Assembly (NCBI GenBank): GCA_051362555.1
Contig: CM120640.1
Coordinates: 18,662,001-18,726,000, forward strand
Length of the DNA: 64,000 nucleotides
Direction of reading: 5' to 3'
Origin: Lingula anatina
Taxonomy: Eukaryota > Animalia > Brachiopoda
Made by a program: the position numbers and the translations under genes. Shown piece by piece: positions 35,725 through 47,700 of the stretch (position 1 is the first letter of the stretch; the number at the start of each line of letters is the position of its first letter). The notes beneath the pieces were generated by a model, which saw nothing but the letters and a program-made list of their open reading frames with translations, ran no database searches and was not told the origin of the DNA.

Positions 35725-38700
35725 TTAAAATTCTTCCTTAAATGGATAATATATGTGGTCTTTAACCCTAGAAGAAAAAATAAACATAGAAAGAACTAAT
35801 TACTACAAGATGACATTTCAGTGCTATTATTTTCTCACAGAAACTTAAATTGTTGTCAAATAAAAATATATTTTAAATACCCATTCTATTACAAATAACA
35901 CACATTAGAAGTGACAAGTCATAAAAAATTGTCTGAAAGTAAATATGAAATCTAGCAAAATTCAAATTCAAGCAAAAACCCTTATAATAACTTTTTTATT
36001 ACTGAGGTGTCAAAAAACAATCCAAACATCTTACAAATTGCAGTGCCTCACAATATCAAATGTTACTTTTAACTTAAAAGGTTAATGTGTATTTACCATG
36101 TTAAATGGCAAGCCCTATAATTATGGTTGTAACTGCTCACAGTCTTCATATCCTCGTCACTAAGCTCAAAGTCAAAAATCTGCAAAGAAATTTAATATAT
36201 AAATATTTTATATGTACTCAGTGTAAATCCTAATGGCATACTGAATTAAAAAAATTAGTGGAGGTCTTATTTGCAGCATACTAGTGTATACAGCCATTTA
36301 GAGTTAACTGACAAAGAGAGCAGGCTTTTCATACAATTTGAAAAAAAAAATCTGAAAAAGCTCAGATGATTTGTCAAAAGTACTGGATAACCTCATAATA
36401 AATAAAGTCAATTTGCACTAAATGCATAGTGGAATTATCTATAGATACAACAGTGTGATTTAGTTTACACTGCACCTGCAGATTTTCCTTCATTCTTTCC
36501 TCACTAACAGTCTTAGGAATAACTGCATAGCCCCTCTGGATCCCCCAGCGCAGGACAACCTACAACAATGGAATAAACTTATAAGTAGTATTTAAACAGA
36601 AGGCTGATATGAAATTTAACATTTTTCGTTTTTTAAAATTCAGAAATAAAAGCTGTGTTGATAGACTGTTCTGGTTGGTAAAATTTGCCTTGTGCCCTCA
36701 ACAAGATGTAGTGAATGCTTTTGAATAAAATTTGGAAACCTTAACATAAAATTTATTAGGTGAGAATTTGCATTTACGTGTAGTGCTTTATCTATCCATG
36801 GACATAGACCTTAAAAATATGTCAACTGCATGGTATTTGAATCATATAGAAAACACATGCAGAAAATATAAACACTGTATGCCACTCATTTTAAGATCAA
36901 TTACTGAGAATACACTGGATGCTTTCTCAAATATCTGCACTGGTCATGTCAAGAGATGCTAGTGAATCATCAATATTTTTTTCATCATATCAAATTATCA
37001 TGAAATAAATACCTGAGCAGGACTTTTTCCAACTTTTTTGGCAATTTCCAGAAGCCTTGGGTCCTCCAACAGCTTGGGGTCATCTGGCTTTGCCCTTGAA
37101 TCCATAATGATAAAATACATATGAATGCCAAATATAACATGTTTTCTACATTTAAACTATTGACACATAACCATTCAACATCAGTAAAACTCATACATGT
37201 ACAATTTATCTTATAACTGTCAAACAATCTGTGTTTAAAGACTTTGTATGTTCACTCTTTAATTCATGACACTATCTACTCTTAATTTGAGATGTTTTGT
37301 AAGAAAAATAACACTAAATTGTTAAAAAACAAACTACATGCTATTCTCAGCAAATCACACAAGTGATTTATTACTGTTACAGCAAGCAATGTCAACAAAT
37401 ATGAGAGTAATATAAATATCAGCAAAATATTATTCATATATCTTCAAGGGATAGAATGTGAAATAAGAACAGGAATCAAATGATTTAAAACTTAAAATCT
37501 GTAAGATAGCAATTAATACAGTCAAGAGTGCCTTATACCAATGACCTTCAGCTTGTTAGAGAGACAGTTTACTCTTTATTGGTCATTGCTCACACTCAGT
37601 GCCCTACATAAAAGATGTAGTTAGAGACGGTCCACTCTATCTAAGATATTGCTTGCATTTGGTGCCCTATACCAATGACCTAGATGGAGACTGCCCTTTG
37701 TATCTCAGTTCTATCTTCTACTCACCACGGCCTATCATTGGAACCCAAACAGCTATGGGCTGTCACTGTCAATCCCTTTTCATGGGCAAAATTGACCAAA
37801 CGTTCATTGCTAAGATATGGATTAATCTCGATCTGTAATGTAAGATATGTACACTTTACATAGTTTCACTTGAAAACAGTTGCAAAAATGCTATGATTAA
37901 TATCTTTAAAAGATTTGTTTTCGATACTGATTAATGCAGGAATACAGTCAGGTTAAATTGATCAAAAATCCCCAATACCATAATGAATGTTGGTACCAGA
38001 TCACATGAAACAGAACCCTATATGAAAAAAATGAATAAAAATCTGAAATAATCTTTCCAATCAAATTTTAATTTTACAAAATGAGATTTAGTGCGTCAGT
38101 TCTACCTGCAAGTTAGCAGGTTTGATTCTGCAGTTGTCAAGGATTCTCTGAATCTGCTTGCTGTTGAAATTTGACAACCCAATGGCCTTGGTCAAACCCT
38201 CATCAACAAGTTTTTCCATTTCCTGTAAAAGGAAAACAATACTATACATTAACCGTTTCATTATGATAAAGATGATAATTAATGGATTCATGGATAACAA
38301 ATATTATATCAAAGGGTAAAGATATTGAATTTAAACTCATAGTGCATTAAATGTCTATAGCAGTCCCATAAATAATTTACATGAAACATTAAAAACTATC
38401 ATTCTTAGTTTTCAGGCTGAGGAATCAATTTTTGTTATTGGTATATTTGTTCAAGAATAAAAAAACACAATGAACTACCCCTTGGCAAACAAAAATACTT
38501 AATTGAAATAAGAATTAGAGATCCTGGGAGGTGTGGGCTCCTTCCTTCAAAATTTTGGTGTGATATTTTAGGCTTACTAGTATATTGATGCTTTTAAGTG
38601 ATATCAAACCTTCCAAGCTTCCAAGAAGTCAATTTCAGACAGGATTATATTTCCATCTTCATCCCTTGGTACATTTTCTCCATCTTCCTTTCAGTTTGAA

Positions 38701-41447
38701 AAGGAAAATTAATGTGAATTATAAGACATTCACTGAAAACACATTATTAACATAATAATACAATAACACTGTGTGACAATAATTAACTATCTGAACCTTT
38801 ACTTCCACAGCATCCAATTAAGCAAGTGAATCTGTTAAGTTTTACAATGTGCTGATAAAAAAATTCAATAACTACTATCAACTGTTAATATTCTGTCATA
38901 GATCCACTGCTTTTCTGTATAGCTTAACCCAATTAAAATTCAAAATCATTTTCTTATCCATTATTGCTTCTATGATCTCACAAATTATTTTACCTTATAT
39001 GCCATTGGCCAGTGCATTAAATAGATATCCAGGTAATCCAGTTGTAGATTATTCAAGGTCTGTGTTATACACTTTTTCACCAAATCTTTTCGATGGTAGG
39101 TGTTCCAAAGCTGAAATATTCATTAAAGTGTCAGTTATTATATCTAAAAATATACTGTTATTATCTGTAAAATTCTTCAACAAATGTTTATTATCTCATA
39201 TAACATTTTATTTTTATTACTGTGAGATAATAAGGAGTACAGGTACATGTACTAGTACCTGTAAAGCATAGGGAATTAGCAATGGCAATGAACCTTAACT
39301 TCATCAAAAAAGAGTTAATAGGTGCATAATATCACATTCATTATTACAGATTCACAAAACCAGCAATTTGATGCAGGAATTTCATGTCTTGTTGCTTCAT
39401 TTCCTATTCTTCATTCCATTTTTACCTTGCTAATTATAAATAGCTCTTCTCTCTTCACTGTTCCATCACTGATCTTTTCCTTTATAGCAGGCCCTATCTC
39501 TGGTTCATTCCCATAGATGAAGGCACAGTCTATCATTCTATAGCCAACACCAATGGCCTTCTTGACAGCTTCTGCAACCTCACCAGGCTTTGACTAGAAC
39601 AGAAATCATTTAAATATCACTTAAAAGTTGCAGCAAACACCATACAACATGTGTATCTAGGATTTCTAGTCCTAAATTAAGATTCATTACAAAAATAAGA
39701 ATAACATATGATTGTGTACGTGTATAAGTCACAACATTTTATCATAATATTATTATTTTTCCATATGTTGCATTTTTTTCTGTAATGTACTTGGACATGT
39801 AGTTGTTAAGCAGGCTATAAAATATTAAAACAAAACAGAGTTATCATAACATTCTATACAGCATTTGTGGAACATTGGCTTAGTTCACTGTGTTTTCATC
39901 TATCCTAGAGGTATTCATTTTACAGACTGCACTTGGATATTAAGGTGTACAAATATAATAATTTCTTTGATTTTTAATCAAATTAACCCCTCATCATCCT
40001 GTACCACTGACTAACCACCGAATTAAACAATAATCAGGTATATTAATTTTTTTCAAGACGGTTGCTTGACAGCAAAAATTAAAAATTCTACCCATTTCAA
40101 TCCATAGAGTTGGCAACCCTAAATGTAAAACATTTAATAGGAAACATGAAATGCAAGCTTGATGGACCTCCCATATAATATCTGACCAATACATATATGT
40201 GCAAGTTTTTGCAAACATTCATCTTTATTTAGGCATTAACCATATTTGCCTGTTCAATCTAAAAACATGAACATATAATACTGCATGTGGACTTTTAGAT
40301 CATCAGGGAGCGTTAACATGCACACGTAATACTGCATGTAGACGCCGCTCCCATCCCTAAACCCTATCACTGTACATGTACTGCATTCAGTGCCAAACAT
40401 GGCAGACACCATGTAGTACAGCATATATTCCCAGCATTTTCTGTTTGCTAAGGAAGCAGAGGTCAAAGATGTCTTATCAATCAAACCCTATGCCTTAGTC
40501 ACAGTTACAGGTTGTGATTGCTGTAACCCTGCCACTACTCTATACTGATAAGATAACAGAATTTGTTCCAACAAGTCCACGCCACAAAAGGACAGCATGG
40601 TGTGCACCATGACTGTGCAATATTTCTTGAAATGCTCGACAGCTTTGGGGCCTTGCGGACTTAAAATGACAGTGTAACTAGGTCAGGACAATCCGTATGT
40701 CAACCACTTAATGATATACCATGTAAGCACAGTGTATTCTACACACAGCCATGTGTCTGAATTACCCAGGGTAATAGTATATATAAATATATCTCTGCAT
40801 GTTGAAAGAAAAACTCTTCCATTATTCCTTTGTCCTGTTGGAATAAATGAAAAGAATTCAACAACTTAAATATTAATAAAATGTGGTAATAACTTTAACA
40901 ACCAGTATGCAAAAATATGTGTGTAACAGTTGTCCCAGAACCCCAATACCATATTTAAGTTGAAAAAAGCACATGATATAAAATCCTTACTCTTCTATTT
41001 CACAAAACAAACAGATAAAAAACATTTTCAAATCTTAATCAAATAAATATTTATTAGAGAAAACTGTTCCAGAAAGATAGGTGCATGAATCACTGATTCA
41101 ATAATTACATTTTGCAATTAAAATAATATTTATTGTTAAAAATGAAGACAAGTCTGATGCTGCTAATGAGTATGACAGAGGCAATTATATGTACACGTAT
41201 ATCATACAAGTCATTCTGATGCTATGATAATGCCTTGGGCCACAAAAAATTTAGGGACATATAATTTTTGGTTCTACAAAATATTTCCTGCATGTACTGT
41301 ATCTCTTGCTTTGCAATTTCAGTGAAAATACACTATTTTTAAAAAGCCCTTTACAAAAAACATAAAGCCGTATACCTTCCAAGTTCCAAGTCCAACCATT
41401 GGCATTTTGGCACCGTTGGCTAAAGTTAAACATTTTACATTTGCCAT
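35725..41447 (-). CDS. Aldo-keto reductase family 1 (aldose reductase AKR1B1/AKR1A1-like), 316 aa, 10 exons
   Basis: Exons 41447-41376, 39593-39426, 39110-38994, 38687-38610, 38222-38106, 37832-37726, 37094-37013, 36559-36476, 36179-36097, 35767-35725 total 951 nt. Motifs [53 protein letters not shown]. Catalytic D/Y/K/H present. Confidence 0.93.
37528..37715. repeat. Degenerate ~65-bp minisatellite (3 copies) in AKR intron 6
   Basis: Units start gtgcc(t/c)ta at ~37528, 37599, 37662, each with ...accaatgacc/..gagac. Confidence 0.5.
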
Positions 41448-41751
41448 GGCGTTTCCTTTGGTAATTTTAATCAAGTTGGAATTGCGCTCCTTCTCCACTG
41501 GTTATTGCCGTGGTTAAGTCTTGCACGCCCTCTAACGGTGACTAAATGAAATAAAAGTAGAAATATGCCAAAACTGGACCCTAATTAAATATTCATATAT
41601 TGAAAATATTTAGACCTCCACTTTAAGCATGTCAACACATGTACAAAGATATAGGCATAAAAATGATGGTGCTTCAGTAATACAAGATGTTGCTCTTCGT
41701 CCTCTTTCAATGTTAACTATTTTTTTCGCGCGTTTATATCAGTATAGCAAA
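41448..41751. promoter_or_regulatory. Bidirectional promoter between AKR and CDC23
   Basis: Only 304 bp separate the divergent ATGs. E2F-type TTTCGCGC ~41724-41731, Myb-type TAACGG ~41533, YY1-type AAAATGGCGG over the CDC23 start. Confidence 0.6.
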
Positions 41752-44700
41752 ATGGCGGAGGTTTTGAGGTGGGACCTCTCTGTTATCAAACGGGATCTTC
41801 TTTTGGCAAACCGGGAATGTTCCGAGAGGGGTTTGATGCAAAGTGCAAAATGGTAAGGCACGCACTTAACACCAAATAATATTTTAAGTGGAAATATCTA
41901 TATATTGTGTTTGTGAAAACAATAAATGCCATTGGCACCAGTCCCGCCGGTGTGGAGGGAATGGATGTCCGCCGTAATGCATGTTCGTAGGACATGTATT
42001 CCTAAGAAATAATGCCCTGCGGACACTAAGTCCTGGGAATGCATGTCCTGGGCCCTCCGTTCCTAGGAATACGTGTCCTGAGATTAGAAGTCCTCCAGAC
42101 AACTGTTACTTAGTATTCTACTTCCTTCAGACGGGCATCGATGTCCTAGTCGTACATTTTCCCTAGTAAACTAGGAATTGATGTCCCCTGACGTTGCTTT
42201 GTGTTTGTAATGTTGGTGAAGAATGTGTAATTTATTTGGTTTAGAATGAGATTGTTATTTTTAATTCCATATAGACAGACTTTATTCGGTTCAATTTCTT
42301 AATTTAAAAAAAAATGATCACCCAACAAATTAACCGACAAATTAAATAAATGAAAGAGAAAATAAAGAAACAACAATAACAAAATTATATTCAAAATTTT
42401 ATTTTATTACTTGTGTATTCTTTATTTTATTCACTCGATTCATATCACTCTACAAATATTAAATTTGCTCCATTTACTGCTCCTTTCAGGATATCCCCCT
42501 CCACAGTCCTCAACATATAAGCTTTGTTTTTGGTTTGGCCCCATACCACATATGGACCCAGCCATGGATCTTGGTTTTGGTTACCTTTACAGTCTGATCT
42601 CCGCATGTTCTTTTTCAACATCTTGGTGCCCTAAGGGATTGTCTGTAATGAGAAGGACATATACTAAAGACTAAAGATGCATTTATGTCCATGGGTCGTT
42701 TATCATTTAATGAGACACATATATATATAATAAATATCTTAATATCTGACCTGTAATAAATTACTGGTTACAAATTAACATGTAGCAATTTTAACAAATT
42801 TGAAAAGTTACTAGAAAACTAAAATGAAAGTGAAATGTTTATTGTCCGTGGTTTACTTACATCATGGATAATATGCCTTCTGTCATAATCTTGCTTTTGC
42901 CTTTCTTGTGCTTGGGCAATATTTTCAAGAGCAGCCTAACCTGCTTTTGACATAGCTTGTGATCTTCTCTCTATGGCTTTTTGGAGGACCTGCAGGCTCA
43001 CTTCTTGTTCGTCTTCTCCGTCATCTGACCCACTTCAAGTACTGTCCTGTAGAAGTGCAGGTTCTCTGGTGAAGAAACATTATTTTATTTAGAGGATAAC
43101 ATATTATCAAAATTTATCTCCCATCGCTAAAAATCAGCTACAGTTAGTGTGGCATTTCATTGTACTGTAAATATTAATGCATTTAATCAAATGGTGAATC
43201 AACAGTTATATAATAAAAGATTAAGACCCAAACGATCTTACATACCTACCATACATTGCAAAGAATGGTGAGAATTTAGTTGTACTCTGCCTTGCTGTGT
43301 TGTAGGTGAAGACCACTTGCTTTAAAAGCATATCCCACTCACTGGTCCTCATCTCTCAATTTCAAGTGCATCTTCTCCAATGTTTGATTGAATCTTTTCT
43401 GAAATAATATAAGGTTTTATTGTCATCATTTTCTTGGCACATAAAACAATAATTGGCCCATATTTATCAAGAAATTCAAACTTTTTACCTGTTAGCTTAT
43501 TGCACTGCGATGGCTTATTTTCAGTAAGTTTGTGATCTCTTCTATAAGGGTGTTATTAAACTCCATTCCCTGGTCACTAATCATCTTCTTTAGGAAACCA
43601 AAACTGATAAAAACAAGTAAAATATCAGTTATATGATTAAACAATTAAATATGCCATTGCATATTTGCATTGATTGAAAAAATTATTCAAATATCTCCTT
43701 TTCATAAATATATTAATCAAAATTTCATATCTTACTTTAATTTAAAACAATGGTCTATATGTAAGATATCATTACCACAAAAAGATCTAGTAGGAACGAA
43801 GCTACTCCTGTGGCCTCTTTCGATGGCAAGGCCCCTTGCTTGTGCCCATTTACTGTAATAGCATGTCATTGTGCATATGTATTTATTACCACTGCTGGAA
43901 GTTGGTAGCGACCCGATAAGATCTATTCCTCTCTGTAAAACAAGTTTAAATATTAATTTTTCTAATAAATATGATAGCAGCCCCTGAGGTGGTCTGGCAT
44001 TCTCCACCAGGTCTGCCCAGACTAGGTCATCTTGCTTATTGGGTCTAACACGACCTCTCTGATCTTAACATCTCTCCTTCTCAAGTATGTTGCAGCATAA
44101 AAGATCTTGATAAGAGATTTCACAACGACGTTGGTGTTCAACACAGTTGTGAAGCAAGTACATCACAGGATTTGCTTCACTCACCTCTCTTTGAATCCTC
44201 ATGTGGATTGGCTTAAGTATTTGTTTTCTTCTAAGTATGGTACACAGGAATGTATTTTTCTCCTTTCTGGAAAAATAAAGGTTTGCAAAATCCTTCCAGC
44301 CTACACATCAATTCTGACAGAATCCACTTTTCTGATGTGTGGCAGTACAAGCTCTTCTGACCTTAACTATAACAAGGGAGGCATACAAGCTAAGGATCAG
44401 GATTTCATGATTTCGTCTTTTTAATTTCAGGCCATTTAGCAGCATTTTTTTCCCATTTCAGTTCAGTAAGAAAACATTTTCACCATATTTTTGTTGATAA
44501 TATCAATTAACTATGATTTTTTACTGTATAGTTTTTTCTTATTGTAGGTCTGCTGAAATGATATTTTCATTGAATCAGGTGCCAACAAATGCACTCCAAG
44601 TACAGCCAACTTCTTCAGATGTGAGTTGGAAGTCTTTTTCTTTATGACAGAAAGTTGAATTTGATTACATATTTGAAACTCGTCACAAGGCTTTGTGTAG

Positions 44701-47700
44701 AAAAAATATTAAAGTTTGAAATTAAGATTTAGCAAGTGTAAAAAAGAGATTATTCATTTCAAGAGGAAATTAAATTTTTAATTCACTTGTGCAATCATGA
44801 ATATGGGATTTTAAAAAATCTTTTGCAGGCTTTCTGCAAAGAATATGATAGGTACACATTAGCAAAAAGCTACTTTGACTTAAAAGAATATGACAGAGCT
44901 GCATTTTTCACTGAGGAATGTGAGGATCCAAAGGTCTATTTTCTCAACAAGTTCTCAAGATATTTAGCTGGAGAAAAGAAGAAAACTGATGATATGACAG
45001 ATTCCATTGGTAAGCACAATATTTGCTGTTGAAAGGGAAACTCAGCTTTATAGCTTTATTTCTTCATTGGAATAAAACATTTTATTGAGGCAGTTGGTAC
45101 TGCTTTTTGGGACATGCATTGTACCCCTATGTCAAATATTGTCTTTGTCAGGTCCCCCAGATTCTGTGGAGAATGATCACCTAAAGCTGCTGAGAACTGA
45201 GCTTCATAAAAAGCACAACACTAATAGTCTTGATGGATATTGTTTGTATTTGTAAGTAAATGTTTTACAGTCAATATATTAATTAACTTATTTGTATAAG
45301 TCTTTTTCTAGAAACTTTACATAATGATGAAATGATAAGAATTGCAATTAATCTGAGTATCGTATTTCTAATAGTTTGTTCTGAAATACTGTTTTATCCA
45401 TTAGTGAATATTACTATGACCTCATATATGATAACTTATATTAAAGAATATTAGACTCAAGACAACAACATGATGTTGCCAACTGGAACTTTTATTAATG
45501 GCTAAAACTGAATAATTTTCAAATGTGTTTCATATTTATCTCTGCACAGGTATGGAGTGGTGTTAAAGAAGTTGGAACTGTTAAAGGAAGCAGTGGATGT
45601 ATTCATAGATGCTATTCAAAGTGAACCTCTTCACTGGGGAGCATGGCAGGAGTTGGCAGCTTTGATTACAGATAGAGATATGGTAAGTAATCTGAATCTA
45701 ACCACCAACGGTTCAAGACAAAGAACATCTTTTTCTGTACAGATAGCTATCACCTGCCATCGCAGTGCACTTTTACCGATAACACGATAAGTGGAAAACC
45801 ATTTTTTCCTTTGGCTTTTCTATGTTCTTATTTCCGTTTATTCAAGCCCATTGTGCTGCAAAGATATACACAGTGTTGAGAGAGTAAGAATCATCATCAT
45901 CATAATTTGAAGGCATATGAAATATCAAGGTAGCCTTATCATCATTACTTGATGGGGGAGCAGAAGTTGTGTTTTTTTGGGAACTTCTCAGTATCTAAAC
46001 TGCTGGTGGTGGTGCTGCTGCTGCTGCTGCTGCATGAAGTGGCTGGGGCTGAATTGGGTTGGAAGGGCTGTAAAGTGTCGCTTGCTGCTCCAGGTCAAGG
46101 GAGTCTGTTGTATAGCTTTGCTGCACTGGTTGTGTGACCACTCTGTTTCTTGATCATCTGTTCATCAAACTCCGCTTTACACAACTCAGTACAGCAAGTA
46201 ACTTTGCCACTGTGTCCCATTATATTCCTCCTTCCTATCAATGTCAGCCTCCTTAAACATCTTGGGTAAATATCCTGATAAAGTATTCAGGCCAACTGGC
46301 TGTGAACTAAAGGTGATGATCCCATCTTTTCTTGAAATAGGGCGTCTGTAAAATCTTCTTCTTGGTGGCACATGAGAAAGGTAAGCTTCAAATAATGAAA
46401 CCACGCACAGCTCCTTTCCAGTGCTGTCTGCATAGTGCCAAACCTGCCAAGGGGCTGTCTTGCAACTCAGAGAGCCTGTAATGTTCTTTGCCAAATGTCC
46501 ATTGTATTGGACATATCAGCGACCAACTTCCTCACCAAAGGAATATTGTTCTGCCATCAAACCTTTGTGTTCGTCTCTGGCGCAAAGTCCAAAATCTTTT
46601 CATTATAAAAGTAGGTAGCATATGACAATCCTGCACTGGTACTCATATTAAGTATGCCTCTCTCCCATAACTGCACTTCGACATTTTTGTCACAGGGCCC
46701 CTGCGGACTGGAGTATTGTATCTATGACATAATATTAAGATATTTGTGTCCCTTTTTTAAGCTCTCATATTAAGTATGCCTCTCTCCCATAACTGCACTT
46801 CGACATTTTTGTCACAGGGCCCCTGCGGACTGGAGTATTGTATCTATGACATAATATTAAGATATTTGTGTCCCTTTTTTAAGCTCTCAACCCTATCCTT
46901 ACCTGACCACTGGATGAAGCAGTTTTTCCTGGCACACACCTATCTAGAACTCCAGCTTAATGATGAGGGTCTTAAACTTCTACAGGCCATCCGCGACCAA
47001 GGCTTTGCCAAGAACAGCTATGTGCTTTCACAAATTGCCATTGCCTACCACAACTTCCGAGGTTAGTTTAGTAAACAGTGAATAAATGTAGGCAGAGTTA
47101 AGTAATAAATTTGATAAACTAAATATAAACCATGTATTACATGTCACAGTGTGCACATCGATTTGTATTGTAGGATGTCTTTTGATAGCATCTCATTGTT
47201 TCAAATCCATTTCTTTTCTAATGTTAAGTTATTTTTCTTTTTCTCCAGAGGTTGATCAGGCTGTCAATGCATTTACTGAACTAAGAAAAGCTGACCCATG
47301 CAGGCTTGAAAATATGGATGTGTATTCTAATCTGTTATATGTTAAGGTATAAATCCATTTTAAATCTTTCAAAGAATAAGTCTTATGGATGGATATGGAT
47401 GTTGTTAGGTGAAGATTACTGTATTAAAAATCAAATTCAGATTTGGTTAATTAAAAAAAGGATACATCCAGTCATCTTAACAGTAATGTATGTAATATCA
47501 TAATCCCATGACTTAATTCATTTGATTCCCTTTCAGGAAATGAGAGCAGAGTTGGCTCATTTAGCACATCACTGCTGTGATATTGACAAGTATAGAGTGG
47601 AGACATGTTGTGTGATAGGTAGGTTCATAGAAGTACCTGTTCATCTATGCCTAGTTGGGAAAAGGCTGTGTAGATAGTAAAACTACTGTGTTGATGTATC

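Noticed and set aside
37013-37094. Apparent frameshift in AKR exon 7 suggested by the ORF track
   Set aside because: With phase-2 splicing the exon reads (W)[27 protein letters not shown] in frame.
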